From: Eubacterium sp.
GTDB taxonomy: Bacteria; Bacillota; Clostridia; Lachnospirales; Lachnospiraceae
NCBI GenBank assembly: GCA_017614395.1
Contig: JAGABX010000039.1
Span: 982 to 64,981, forward strand
Length of the DNA: 64,000 nucleotides
Reading direction: 5' to 3'
The number at the start of each line of letters is the position of its first letter. Position 1 is the stretch's first letter. The notes under the pieces are model-generated. The model was not told the origin of the DNA, searched no databases, and was given only the letters and a program-made list of their open reading frames with translations. Below, piece after piece: positions 46,061 to 55,067 of the stretch. A program made the position numbers and the translations under genes.

Positions 46061-47400
46061 CTTTCAGCTCCTTTTTCAGCAGATACCCTGTTGCCGTTTG
46101 CAGGCATGCCATTTGCTAATACCATTATATCAGATCTGATCGTGTCGGTTTGTTTATCGGATATTGCTGCCAGCAAAAATGCCATAATTGCAAATATCAT
46201 ATAATCCGTCAGTACGACGGAGGGTGCCTGCAGCCACAGCACGGCGGAAAACACGACTGTCAGAAAGCACATCTGCATATTGTCCAAAACGGAATTTCGC
46301 AGTACATGAATTATTTTTCGAATCAGCAACACCAGACCGATGATCGCGACAAATCCGAAATCCAACAGTGTTTCCAGAAACGCATTATGAAGCGATACGG
46401 TCTCGTTTACCAGCCAGTCACCATACAGCCCGTGCGAGCCGAGTACGTTTCGCATCAGAGCGCCGGCGTTTCCGATACCGACACCTAAAAAGCAGGAATT
46501 AAACATCCATTGGATGCTGGCTATGATCGTGTTGATCCGGTACAGAACAGAAGTGTTGCTCTGCATGTACATTTCGCCCCGGAACAGTGCCTTGATGGGT
46601 TCGACTATGGTTTCTTTCCAGGAGTACCCATGCAATGAAACATCCAATGCGTCAACAACGATAAGTATTATAATGAATATGAGAATAGCCGGGAGGAGGA
46701 TCATTCTCCTGTAGCGGTAAGCCCTGTTCCTGATCTCAAGGTATGCGACGATCAAAAACTGCGCCAGTACTCCCAGCAAAACCAGCTTGCAGTCGTTCAG
46801 AACGAGATAAAGCATTGCGACCGGGATGTATGCCAGGAGGAGCAGGGGATGCCTGCTTTTTTTTGATCGAAAATAAAACACAGGAATGATGGCCGCGATC
46901 ACTGCACCGTAGTCATTAGGATTGTTAATCAGTATGAATGTCGGGCTGTAGTCATAATGTGTGTGATAGATAGCCATGAACACTAACAGGTAGCATATCC
47001 CGACGACCATTGCAAAATTACTGAATGAGCGGAAAAAGTTTTTGCTGTCCTGCTCATGCAACATGACCACGGCAGCGACTACTGCTGCGATCCCTGCGTA
47101 CAATAACAGATATGAAAAATACCTCTCCGCGGAAAATCTCACGCCGATCTCATTGATGGAACAAAAAACGAGAGACTGAATAAATGAAACCAGTCCCACG
47201 ATAGCAGCGACCAGGAATACCTTGCGCGCTCCGGTGGAGCCGACTAAAGTAACGATGATAGCGACGGGCAGCAGGATGCGAAACAGATTGATCGACGAGG
47301 TGCCCAGCCTCAGGAGATCGTTGAACGCACCTGCAAATAAAAATAAATATAAAAAAGTTGTTCGGCCTTTGATGTTGATTTTTATTCTATCAATCGTCAT
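46057..47400 (-). CDS. O-antigen ligase/polymerase-like (Wzy family) membrane protein
   Basis: Polytopic protein with a large loop containing SLHNAFLETLLDFGFVAIIG, a Wzy_C-like motif. Confidence 0.7.
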   Translation of the reverse strand: MTIDRIKINIKGRTTFLYLFLFAGAFNDLLRLGTSSINLFRILLPVAIIVTLVGSTGARKVFLVAAIVGLVSFIQSLVFCSINEIGVRFSAERYFSYLLLYAGIAAVVAAVVMLHEQDSKNFFRSFSNFAMVVGICYLLVFMAIYHTHYDYSPTFILINNPNDYGAVIAAIIPVFYFRSKKSRHPLLLLAYIPVAMLYLVLNDCKLVLLGVLAQFLIVAYLEIRNRAYRYRRMILLPAILIFIIILIVVDALDVSLHGYSWKETIVEPIKALFRGEMYMQSNTSVLYRINTIIASIQWMFNSCFLGVGIGNAGALMRNVLGSHGLYGDWLVNETVSLHNAFLETLLDFGFVAIIGLVLLIRKIIHVLRNSVLDNMQMCFLTVVFSAVLWLQAPSVVLTDYMIFAIMAFLLAAISDKQTDTIRSDIMVLANGMPANGNRVSAEKGAER

Positions 47401-47514
47401 ATTATTTTCCCGGTTTTCATTATCCTAGTTTTAAATCAAGTGTATATTGGCATTATTCTGATTTTAATGCTTGCCGTTTAGTTATATTCAGGTTTCGCTG
47501 TTTACTATCTGGTT

Positions 47515-48771
47515 TCAATGCATCATCGAATTATGTTTTTGCACTCGCTTCATGTGTTTTTCTATGTGTAAAAAGCATTTGTTCAGCTCATATTTTTCTT
47601 CGACATTTTTTCTTCCGTTTTTTCCAAGTTTAATCTTGAGAGATGGCATATCGTACAGGCGGATAACGGCATCTGCAATAGCGCGCTCATTTTGTTTTGG
47701 GACGAGCACGGAGGTATAGGGAATGTCATCTCCAACTGAGTCATAGTCGTCGGTTGTGTGTTTCAACGAATCAGTGGCGTCATTATTCAAAGCGGTCATT
47801 TCGTCATAGGGAACAGGTATGGTTGTTTCCATCAGTCCACCCACATCGGAGATGACGAGCGGAGTCTCGCAGGATTGCGCTTCAACGGCAGCTACGCCGA
47901 AGGATTCATGGTGTATTGACGGAATGATGGCTACGTCCATGTTGTCCCATTCAGTGGCAGCCTGTTCCTGCGGTATCCTTCCCAAAAAAGTGACGATGTC
48001 ATCTATGCCGAGCGCTGCGGTCAAATCACGGTATTCGGCTTCCTGGGGACCGTCTCCGGCTATCCTGATGCGCAGGTTTATGTCGGGTCGCTCGTCATGT
48101 ATGATAGCGGTTGCGCGGAGGAGATAATCTATTCCGTACAGTGTGGCCAGCGTCTTGACTGTTCCGATCGTAAAAACCGGAGAAGAACTGTTATCAGCTC
48201 CGGAATCATGCGGGTTATGTTTATCGGAATTCGGCCGGAACATTTTCATATCCACTCCGAACGGTGTTATGACAAACCGGCGTTTGGTATACGCCGCTGC
48301 CTCGTCAGCCATGGTTTCCGATGTGGAAAAAAGTAATGCCGGCCGGCGCAGGCTGATTTTTAGGAGTGCACGGTGCAGTGGGCTTTTTTTCGGAAATTCA
48401 TAAATATCGGATCCCCATACCGAGAGGATATATCCTTGAATACCGCTCAGTGCTGTAGCTATGCCATAGCTGGTGGCGTAATGGACATTCACGATATCCG
48501 GGGAAATCTCATGTACTAAACGTCGGATTTTTCCGCCGGTGGTCATGTATTTCAGCTTTCCGGCGTCGCTCCCGTTCGCATCCACCCCGATATCGATGAG
48601 ATGGACGGTCGCTCCCGGCAGTTCGCCGGGCGTGAATGATATAACATGAAGTTCATGACCGCGGGATGAAAACCACTTGCACCATTTAACGAGATGTTCA
48701 CTGTTTGCGGGTCCGATAAAACAAATTTTCAATTGGTTATCCTTTCCATTAGGCATATTCATCAGGCACAA
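47515..48771 (-). CDS. Family 4 (GT-B) glycosyltransferase
   Basis: ESFGVAAVEAQSCETPLVISDVGGLMET is an E-x7-E type motif. The start is uncertain: TTG at 48771, ATG at 48762 or ATG at 48756. Confidence 0.8.
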   Translation of the reverse strand: MCLMNMPNGKDNQLKICFIGPANSEHLVKWCKWFSSRGHELHVISFTPGELPGATVHLIDIGVDANGSDAGKLKYMTTGGKIRRLVHEISPDIVNVHYATSYGIATALSGIQGYILSVWGSDIYEFPKKSPLHRALLKISLRRPALLFSTSETMADEAAAYTKRRFVITPFGVDMKMFRPNSDKHNPHDSGADNSSSPVFTIGTVKTLATLYGIDYLLRATAIIHDERPDINLRIRIAGDGPQEAEYRDLTAALGIDDIVTFLGRIPQEQAATEWDNMDVAIIPSIHHESFGVAAVEAQSCETPLVISDVGGLMETTIPVPYDEMTALNNDATDSLKHTTDDYDSVGDDIPYTSVLVPKQNERAIADAVIRLYDMPSLKIKLGKNGRKNVEEKYELNKCFLHIEKHMKRVQKHNSMMH

Positions 48772-48799
48772 GCCAACTGACAGTCTTGTGCCGTATCGC

Positions 48800-50128
48800 T
48801 TACATCCTCCAGAATCTCATCCCGGATGCGCGCAACTCATCCATGCGGTACAGGCTCTTGACATCGACCAATACTTTTTCCGAATCAGGCTGATCCGGTT
48901 TGAAATACTTTTTCAGCTGCATCGGAGAGAGAGAACGATATTCATTGTGTCCTACTGCTACGATGACGCAATCTGCAGGTGGGACATCCTCGGGCGCGAC
49001 CAGATCAACATGATATTCCTGTTTGGCAACAGCCGCATCTGCCCACGTGTCGGTCACGATGGGTTCTATCTCATATTCGCGCAGACGATTGATTATGTCC
49101 ACGACCTTGCTGTTTCTGGTATCGGGGCAGTTCTCCTTGAATGTGATTCCGAGTATCACGACAACAGCTTTTTTCGGTGCCAGGCCCGCCTCAATCATTT
49201 CCTTGATGGCGGCGTCAGCAACATATCCGCCCATGGAGTCATTGACCTTGCGGCCGTTCAAAATGATCTGACTGTGGTAGCCCAGCTTTTCAGCTGCGTT
49301 CGTGAGATAGTACGGGTCGATTCCAATGCAGTGACCGCCGACTAAACCGGGCTTGAAACCGAGTGCGTTCCATTTCGTATTCATTCCTGCTAACACTTCG
49401 TCCGTATCAATGTGGAGCTTGTCACAGATCATGGCTATCTCGTTCATGAATGCGATGTTGATGTCACGCTGGCTGTTCTCGACAACCTTTACGGCCTCGG
49501 CTGTCTTTATATTTGACACTAAAAAGGTTCCGGCCTTGATAACGATGTCATAGACCTTTTTAATCTGATTTGCAGATTCCTCGTCCATTCCCGAAACAAC
49601 CTTGACGATTGAAGGGAGGCGGTGCACACGGTCACCGGGATTGATTCGTTCGGGACTGTAGCCGATTTTCCAGTCGGTACCGCATTTCAGTCCGGATTCC
49701 CGTTCTATGATAGGGATGCAGACATCCTCTGTCACGCCCGGATAAACAGTTGATTCGAATACGACGATCGTGCCCGGTGCCAGATTCTGCCCGACAGTTT
49801 TGGATGCGCCCTCGATAGGACGCAGATCCGGTGTAGTGTCATCGTTGATCGGCGTGGGGACAGCGACGACGATGAAACGCGCTTCCTTCAAACGCTTCGG
49901 ATCAGCGGTGAATTCAACCGTGGTATTTTTGATCGCTTCGCCGACCTCGTTAGTAGAGTCAATTCCGTTCGCGTACTCGTTAACTCTTTTTTCATTGATG
50001 TCGAAACCGATGACACGGATATGCTTGGCAAATTCCACAGCGATAGGCATGCCGACATAGCCGAGTCCGACTAATGCGAGGCTGGTTTCTCCGGATATCA
50101 GTTGCTGGTAGATGTTATTGAATTCCAT
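48800..50128 (-). CDS. Nucleotide-sugar 6-dehydrogenase, UDP-GlcNAc dehydrogenase (WbpA/TviB-like)
   Basis: LALVGLGYVGMPIAVEF Rossmann motif and GGHCIGIDP catalytic Cys motif. The ATG at 50128 (MEFNN) follows AGGAGA. The upstream extension in the track ORF would overlap the preceding gene. Confidence 0.8.
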   Translation of the reverse strand: MEFNNIYQQLISGETSLALVGLGYVGMPIAVEFAKHIRVIGFDINEKRVNEYANGIDSTNEVGEAIKNTTVEFTADPKRLKEARFIVVAVPTPINDDTTPDLRPIEGASKTVGQNLAPGTIVVFESTVYPGVTEDVCIPIIERESGLKCGTDWKIGYSPERINPGDRVHRLPSIVKVVSGMDEESANQIKKVYDIVIKAGTFLVSNIKTAEAVKVVENSQRDINIAFMNEIAMICDKLHIDTDEVLAGMNTKWNALGFKPGLVGGHCIGIDPYYLTNAAEKLGYHSQIILNGRKVNDSMGGYVADAAIKEMIEAGLAPKKAVVVILGITFKENCPDTRNSKVVDIINRLREYEIEPIVTDTWADAAVAKQEYHVDLVAPEDVPPADCVIVAVGHNEYRSLSPMQLKKYFKPDQPDSEKVLVDVKSLYRMDELRASGMRFWRM

Positions 50129-50150
50129 TTGTTTTTCTCCTGTCGTTTTA

Positions 50151-51275
50151 TTATTGATTAAGAAGGGCACTGCATACTGTTTCCACGTCCTGCTCCGTGA
50201 GATACGGATGCATCGGCAGAGACAGGCAGCGGTTTGTTGCCTCAATCGTGTTCGGGTACATATCGTCGGTGAGATCCATCCACCGGTAGGCTTCCTGCTG
50301 GTGCAAACCGCGCGGATAATAAACCATGGTCGGTATTCCCTGTTCCTTCAGCCGCGCCTGGGTATTGTCACGGGTCTCCCGATCCTCCAACAGAATCGTG
50401 TACTGTGCCCACGAGGAAACATAGTCAGGCAATACCGTCGGAGTGACGAAACTGTTTTTCAGCCGCTCGGTATACATTTCGGCAACCCGGTTTACATCAT
50501 CGACCTCGTGCTCGCGAAAAGCCTTCAGCTTCGGCAGAAGGATTGCGGCCTGCAGCGTGTCTAAACGGCTGTTGATACCGATTTCCCGGTTGTCGTATTT
50601 GTCTATGGGGCTTTTTCCCTGTGCCCTGATGCTGATCAGGCGTGTTGCCTCCTCGTCGTTATCGGTGAAAACAGCGCCTCCGTCACCATAGCAGCCCAGC
50701 GGTTTTGCCGGGAAAAAGGATGTCGCGGACATATTACCGAACGAGCATGCCATCTTCCCTCTGATGCTGCCGCCAAATCCCTGTGCGCCGTCCTCCAAAA
50801 CCCTCAGTCCGTATTTTTCAGCGATGGGCAGAATCCTGTCATAGTCAGCGGGCTGACCGAACAGGTCAACGGGGATTATCACACGCGGTGTCAGTTTTCC
50901 TTCACCCAACACCCTCTTTATCTGTGTTTCCAATGCTGACGGATCCATGTTGAATGTGTTTAAGTCTATGTCGACTAATACCGGCGTTGCGCCGAGGATT
51001 GAGGAGGTTCCGGCCGATGCAAAATAGGTAAAATCAGAGGTAAATACTGCGTCGCCCGGTCCTATTCCCCATATCATCAGAGCCAGCTGCAACGCGTCAG
51101 TACCGCTGGCACAGGCCACGCAGTGTTTTCTGCCGGTGTATTTTGCGAGTTCGGTTTCCAATTCCTTGACCTGTGATCCGAGAATAAATGCCGTGCTGTC
51201 GATGACGGACTGTATTCCGGCGTCGATCTCAGGTTTCAAATGTTGATATTGAATTCCTAAATCTCTGAATTTCAT
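50151..51275 (-). CDS. DegT-family aminotransferase (WbpE-like)
   Basis: HCVACASGTDALQLALMIWGIGPGDAVFTSDFTYFASA and SFFPAKPLGCYGDGGA. Confidence 0.85.
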   Translation of the reverse strand: MKFRDLGIQYQHLKPEIDAGIQSVIDSTAFILGSQVKELETELAKYTGRKHCVACASGTDALQLALMIWGIGPGDAVFTSDFTYFASAGTSSILGATPVLVDIDLNTFNMDPSALETQIKRVLGEGKLTPRVIIPVDLFGQPADYDRILPIAEKYGLRVLEDGAQGFGGSIRGKMACSFGNMSATSFFPAKPLGCYGDGGAVFTDNDEEATRLISIRAQGKSPIDKYDNREIGINSRLDTLQAAILLPKLKAFREHEVDDVNRVAEMYTERLKNSFVTPTVLPDYVSSWAQYTILLEDRETRDNTQARLKEQGIPTMVYYPRGLHQQEAYRWMDLTDDMYPNTIEATNRCLSLPMHPYLTEQDVETVCSALLNQ

Positions 51276-51380
51276 GGCTGGTCTCCATTTTCTATAAACG
51301 ATTTAATTGCTGTCATAATAGCCTGTTATTGTAAATGAAAAAACAATGCGTTTACTATAATGCCTCAGGCAGGATGCGTA

Positions 51381-52058
51381 TCAGACCTCCGGGTATCTTT
51401 CGATTCCTTCGGGTGTTTCATGATAGGTGGTCCCGCAGCTTGGACAGTGATATTCATCTGTATGACTGTCTGGGTATGGTTTCAGTCTCTCGCCGCACCA
51501 GCAGACCCATCCGTGCTGTTTTGCGGGAACACCAAGCATCAGCGCGTGCGGAGGCACATCGGAAGCCACGACTGCGCCGGCGCCGATGAGAGCGTCGTGA
51601 CCGACCCTGTGACCGCAGACAATGGTTGCGTTCGCGCCGATAGATGCATTATCCTCAACAATGGTTTTTTTATAATTCTCATGCCCTTTGGGAAATCCTG
51701 CGCGCGGAGTCAGATCATTGGTAAACACACATGACGGTCCGCAGAATACGTTGTCGCCTAACTCAACGCCCTCGTAAATCGACACGTTGTTCTGGACTTT
51801 TACGCCGCTGCCGATACTCACGTTGTTGGACACATTGACATTTTGTCCGAATGAACATCCCTCGCCGATCCGGGCACCTGACTGTATATGGCAGAAATGC
51901 CAGATTTTTGTCCCGCGACCGATTTTTACATTCGAGTCAACAACGCTGGACGGATGGATATAGATTTCCTTTTTTGTTAGTTTTTTCTTAGACATATTCA
52001 ATGGATTCGCGTTTTTTTTATTCTTTTTTTTCTGTTTCTTGCTCATATTGTCCTCCAA
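51381..52058 (-). CDS. Hexapeptide N-acetyltransferase (WbpD/WlbB-like) with Lys-rich N-terminal tail and C-terminal Cys4 segment
   Basis: LbH repeats are present (IGRGTKIWHFCHIQSGARIGEGCSFGQNVNVSNNVSIGSGVKVQNNVSI). The C-terminus is WVCWCG...HCPSCG. The start may instead be the internal Met at 51995. Confidence 0.75.
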   Translation of the reverse strand: MEDNMSKKQKKKNKKNANPLNMSKKKLTKKEIYIHPSSVVDSNVKIGRGTKIWHFCHIQSGARIGEGCSFGQNVNVSNNVSIGSGVKVQNNVSIYEGVELGDNVFCGPSCVFTNDLTPRAGFPKGHENYKKTIVEDNASIGANATIVCGHRVGHDALIGAGAVVASDVPPHALMLGVPAKQHGWVCWCGERLKPYPDSHTDEYHCPSCGTTYHETPEGIERYPEV

Positions 52059-52146
52059 AATAACAACACTTTACCACGTTCACCGGAATGATTTGTTGCT
52101 TTTTTCGACTCGAGGCTGTCAGGTTTATCTGAATTAAGAATTGTTT

Positions 52147-53235
52147 CTACCTCATCCTTTTTCTCTCTCCGAACCGTCCGGAGAAATCCATTGTTGAGCA
52201 GTCAGTGAGGGGCAGTTTCACAGGCTGGTTTTCGGCAGCTGATTTATATATCGCCAGCACCAGTTCCAGCGCGCGTTTTCCGTCCTCGGCTGTCACATAC
52301 GGTTCCCGTCCGTTTTCTATCGCAGATATCATATCCGCATATAGAGGGGTGTGGCCGAACCCGTAGACATTCGGCGGATTCTCCCCGAATTCTTTTTTTA
52401 CCGATTCCGGATCATCTAAATAATCAGCAAACGTCCATTCCTCTATCCTGTTGACTGAGGAACCGCCGGCCTTTACCGTTCCTTTCTGTCCGAATAGGTA
52501 CAGGGTTTCCTCCAGATTTTTCGGATAGATGTCTGTCGTTCCTTCGACGATTCCATATGAACCGTTTTTAAATTTTATCAGCGCGATTCCGAGATCCTCT
52601 GCCTCGATGTATTCATGATTGAGGCGGTCTGTCATACCCATGACTGTATCGATCTCGTCCCCCATCATCCATCGGAGGAGATCGATGTTGTGGATGCACT
52701 GGTTCATGAGCGCGCCACCGTCCTGTTCCCAGGTTCCGCGCCAATCGGCACGTGAATAGTATTCCCAGTCACGGCACCAGCGCACATGGGCGGTTCCGTA
52801 GAACATTTTTCCGAAACGTCCTTTTTCCAATGCATCCCGGATTTTTTGTACTGATTTGTTAAACCTGTTTTGATGGTTTGCGCATACCTTAACGCCTGCG
52901 CTTTTCCCGGCAGCGATGATTGCATCGGCATCCGCGATTGACAGGGCAATAGGTTTTTCTATTATGGTATGGCAGCCTGCGTTGATGCAGTCAATCGCAA
53001 TGGACGCATGATTTCCCGATTCCGTTGCAATGGCTACGAGCTCCGGTTTTTCCTGCTCCAACAGTTCCCTGTAGTCCGTGTATTTTCTGACGGTTCCCAA
53101 ACTGAATTTTTTTGCTTTTTCCTCCATCGCCTCCGGCAGGATATCGCACATGGCAACGAATTCTAAATTGTTGTTCTTTGCTGCTTCGATGTGGTTCGGG
53201 CTGATCCGCCCGCAACCGATAAGTGCATATTTCAT
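52147..53235 (-). CDS. Gfo/Idh/MocA-family oxidoreductase (WbpB-like)
   Basis: MKYALIGCGRISPNHIEA Rossmann N-terminus. Its position next to the WbpD/E/A-like genes supports the call. Confidence 0.8.
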   Translation of the reverse strand: MKYALIGCGRISPNHIEAAKNNNLEFVAMCDILPEAMEEKAKKFSLGTVRKYTDYRELLEQEKPELVAIATESGNHASIAIDCINAGCHTIIEKPIALSIADADAIIAAGKSAGVKVCANHQNRFNKSVQKIRDALEKGRFGKMFYGTAHVRWCRDWEYYSRADWRGTWEQDGGALMNQCIHNIDLLRWMMGDEIDTVMGMTDRLNHEYIEAEDLGIALIKFKNGSYGIVEGTTDIYPKNLEETLYLFGQKGTVKAGGSSVNRIEEWTFADYLDDPESVKKEFGENPPNVYGFGHTPLYADMISAIENGREPYVTAEDGKRALELVLAIYKSAAENQPVKLPLTDCSTMDFSGRFGERKRMR

Positions 53236-53290
53236 AATGACGCTCCTGTTTTTAATTATATTATGTTACAGTCTACCCTAATCATGATAG

Positions 53291-53328
53291 ATTCTCTGAC
53301 CCAAATCCGGTTGGGGCCGAAACCGTAC
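53291..53328 (-). repeat. Intergenic repeat copy D (tail of module 1 plus module 3)
   Basis: The minus strand reads GTACGGTTTCGGCCCCAACCGGATTTGGGTCAGAGAATC. Compare copy B, TTACGGTTTCGGCAACCGGACGGATTCGGCAGAGAAAAAC. Confidence 0.6.
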
Positions 53329-53349
53329 AATTGCCGTATTGACCCGATT

Positions 53350-54714
53350 TCAGACTGAAGACTCCTTCTTTTGATCTATCACGTTCAAAAACTCCTCAGC
53401 TAATTTGCGATAGGTGTATTTTTCCAGAATTTCATGTCTGCCGCGCTCTCCCATTTTTTGCCGTTCGGAGACAGGCAAATCCATCAGTTCCCGAACGGAC
53501 GAAACAATCGCATCGGCATCCTCAGGGGGGAGTATACGTCCGCAGTCACATTCCTCAACAGGCGTGGTAGGGGAGTTTATTGCAAAAAGTATGGGTTTTC
53601 CGGCCATCATCCCGTCAAACATTTTGTTCATGCATACTCCGAAACGATACAGGGGCGAATCCATGGCTCCGATGTAGATTGCGTCAAACTGATCTGTCAG
53701 CGCCGGTATCGCCAGCTTCGGAACCGGAGGGAGAAATGTAATGTTATCAAGTCCTTTCGCGGCATTGATCAGATCCGGTTTTTCCACGCCGTCACCGACC
53801 AAAACGAAATGCGCCTGCTTCCCGGAACGGGATTTGTTTTTTCGATTCGTATTTGATTCATCTGACTTTATTCTGTTTTCATCGTCCATCATACGCGCCG
53901 CCTCGACCAATGTGCCGAGACAGTTTGAGAGGGCATGTCCTCCGAAATAACCGACAATGAATTTACCCTCCTTTTTCAACTGATCGAGGATCCTGCCATG
54001 TTCTTCCGGCAGCTTTTCAGGGTAGTACCACTCCTCAGTGACGACGCCGTTCGGTATGTGGAAAAAGCAGCCCTCGCGCAGCCCGTGCTTTTTCATATAC
54101 TCCTCTGCGTTTCCGGGCAGTGAGACCACGGCGTCCGCGTGAGAATATGCGAAGTTTTCACCGTGCTGCATCAGCATTACAAACGGATTGAGCTTTGACA
54201 TGCCGCCGAGCTCGATAAGCGTCGATGGCCACATGTCATGCACCTCGTGAATATGGACGATTTTTTTATGATGGTTTTTCCCTTCTGTATGGCAACAGCC
54301 ATGGTTACATGCGCAGGAGGTTTGTTTTTCTGCATATGTAATAATTTTATGCGCCGCTATGGCATCAATCGGATAGGTGGACGAGGAGATGATAACATCC
54401 GGGTTTGTGAGTTCGCAGATGCGCTGCCGGTACTTTTTCAACTTACCGCAAAAACGCAACATCGTCAGGGCACGCTCGGTACCGTTGCCCTCGTATTCCC
54501 CGGTGCGTAACCAGTAATAGTCTATGCCGTCTATCGTGGACTTTTTCAAATCATGAGAGATCCGGGGATTCTTTTTCCGGAGGTGTGAATAGTCACCGGC
54601 GATTATTGAGACATGATGTCCCTGCCGAACCCATTCGCGGGATAGGTAATACGGACGGAATTCCATCCCCATGTCCGGCGAACCGGCATAGTGCTCGATA
54701 TACAGAATGTTCAT
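53350..54714 (-). CDS. Family 4 (GT-B) glycosyltransferase with Cys/His-rich and Lys/Asn-rich insertions
   Basis: MNILYIEHYAGSPDMGMEFRPYYLSREW is a WbuB-like N-terminus. A C-terminal GT1 domain is present. Confidence 0.75.
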   Translation of the reverse strand: MNILYIEHYAGSPDMGMEFRPYYLSREWVRQGHHVSIIAGDYSHLRKKNPRISHDLKKSTIDGIDYYWLRTGEYEGNGTERALTMLRFCGKLKKYRQRICELTNPDVIISSSTYPIDAIAAHKIITYAEKQTSCACNHGCCHTEGKNHHKKIVHIHEVHDMWPSTLIELGGMSKLNPFVMLMQHGENFAYSHADAVVSLPGNAEEYMKKHGLREGCFFHIPNGVVTEEWYYPEKLPEEHGRILDQLKKEGKFIVGYFGGHALSNCLGTLVEAARMMDDENRIKSDESNTNRKNKSRSGKQAHFVLVGDGVEKPDLINAAKGLDNITFLPPVPKLAIPALTDQFDAIYIGAMDSPLYRFGVCMNKMFDGMMAGKPILFAINSPTTPVEECDCGRILPPEDADAIVSSVRELMDLPVSERQKMGERGRHEILEKYTYRKLAEEFLNVIDQKKESSV

Positions 54715-54901
54715 TGACAGACCTTTCCTATAGGGGTTGTACTATGATATGATCCGGTAATGTTCACGGAACTGCTTAAAAAATCGAGTTTATAACGGAT
54801 TTTCGGATGTTTGTCGGTCGTTCACAGTTACCGGTTGTCAGCAAATTCGTTCTTAATTATATATCGTTTCATTCGAAAAGTCAACACTGACAAGAAAAAT
54901 G

Positions 54902-54930
54902 TTGCGCCCCGGGAGGTTGTCTGTTATAAT
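54902..54930 (+). promoter_or_regulatory. Sigma-A type promoter for the Wzz-like gene
   Basis: TTGCGC (54902-54907), a 17-nt spacer, then TATAAT (54925-54930). This leaves a leader of about 135 nt. Confidence 0.45.
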
Positions 54931-55067
54931 CATGTTGTTGCACAGTAAACGTGGGAATTCACCCGAGTTTGCCGTGGTGTTGCCTATAGGACATGCATGG
55001 ACTCGCATAGAAAACATGTTTTACTGTCGGCGCAGGAAGTGTTTTTTCAGAAAGGAAGCATCAATAA

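Noticed and set aside
48765-48792. 8-bp inverted repeat (GGCACAAG ... CTTGTGCC) between the dehydrogenase and GT4 genes as a terminator
   Set aside because: The stem is short and no U-tract follows on the coding (minus) strand. It is more likely an intercistronic stability or translation element, or chance.
48677-49345. 222-aa plus-strand ORF across the GT4/dehydrogenase junction
   Set aside because: It is antisense to two well-supported glycan genes and has no recognisable domain.
54931-55067. Structured leader of the Wzz-like gene (ACAGTAAAC ... GTTTTACTGT long-range pairing) as a riboswitch
   Set aside because: There is only one imperfect helix. I found no terminator or SD-sequestering alternative and no resemblance to a known riboswitch class. 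It is not reportable without comparative data.
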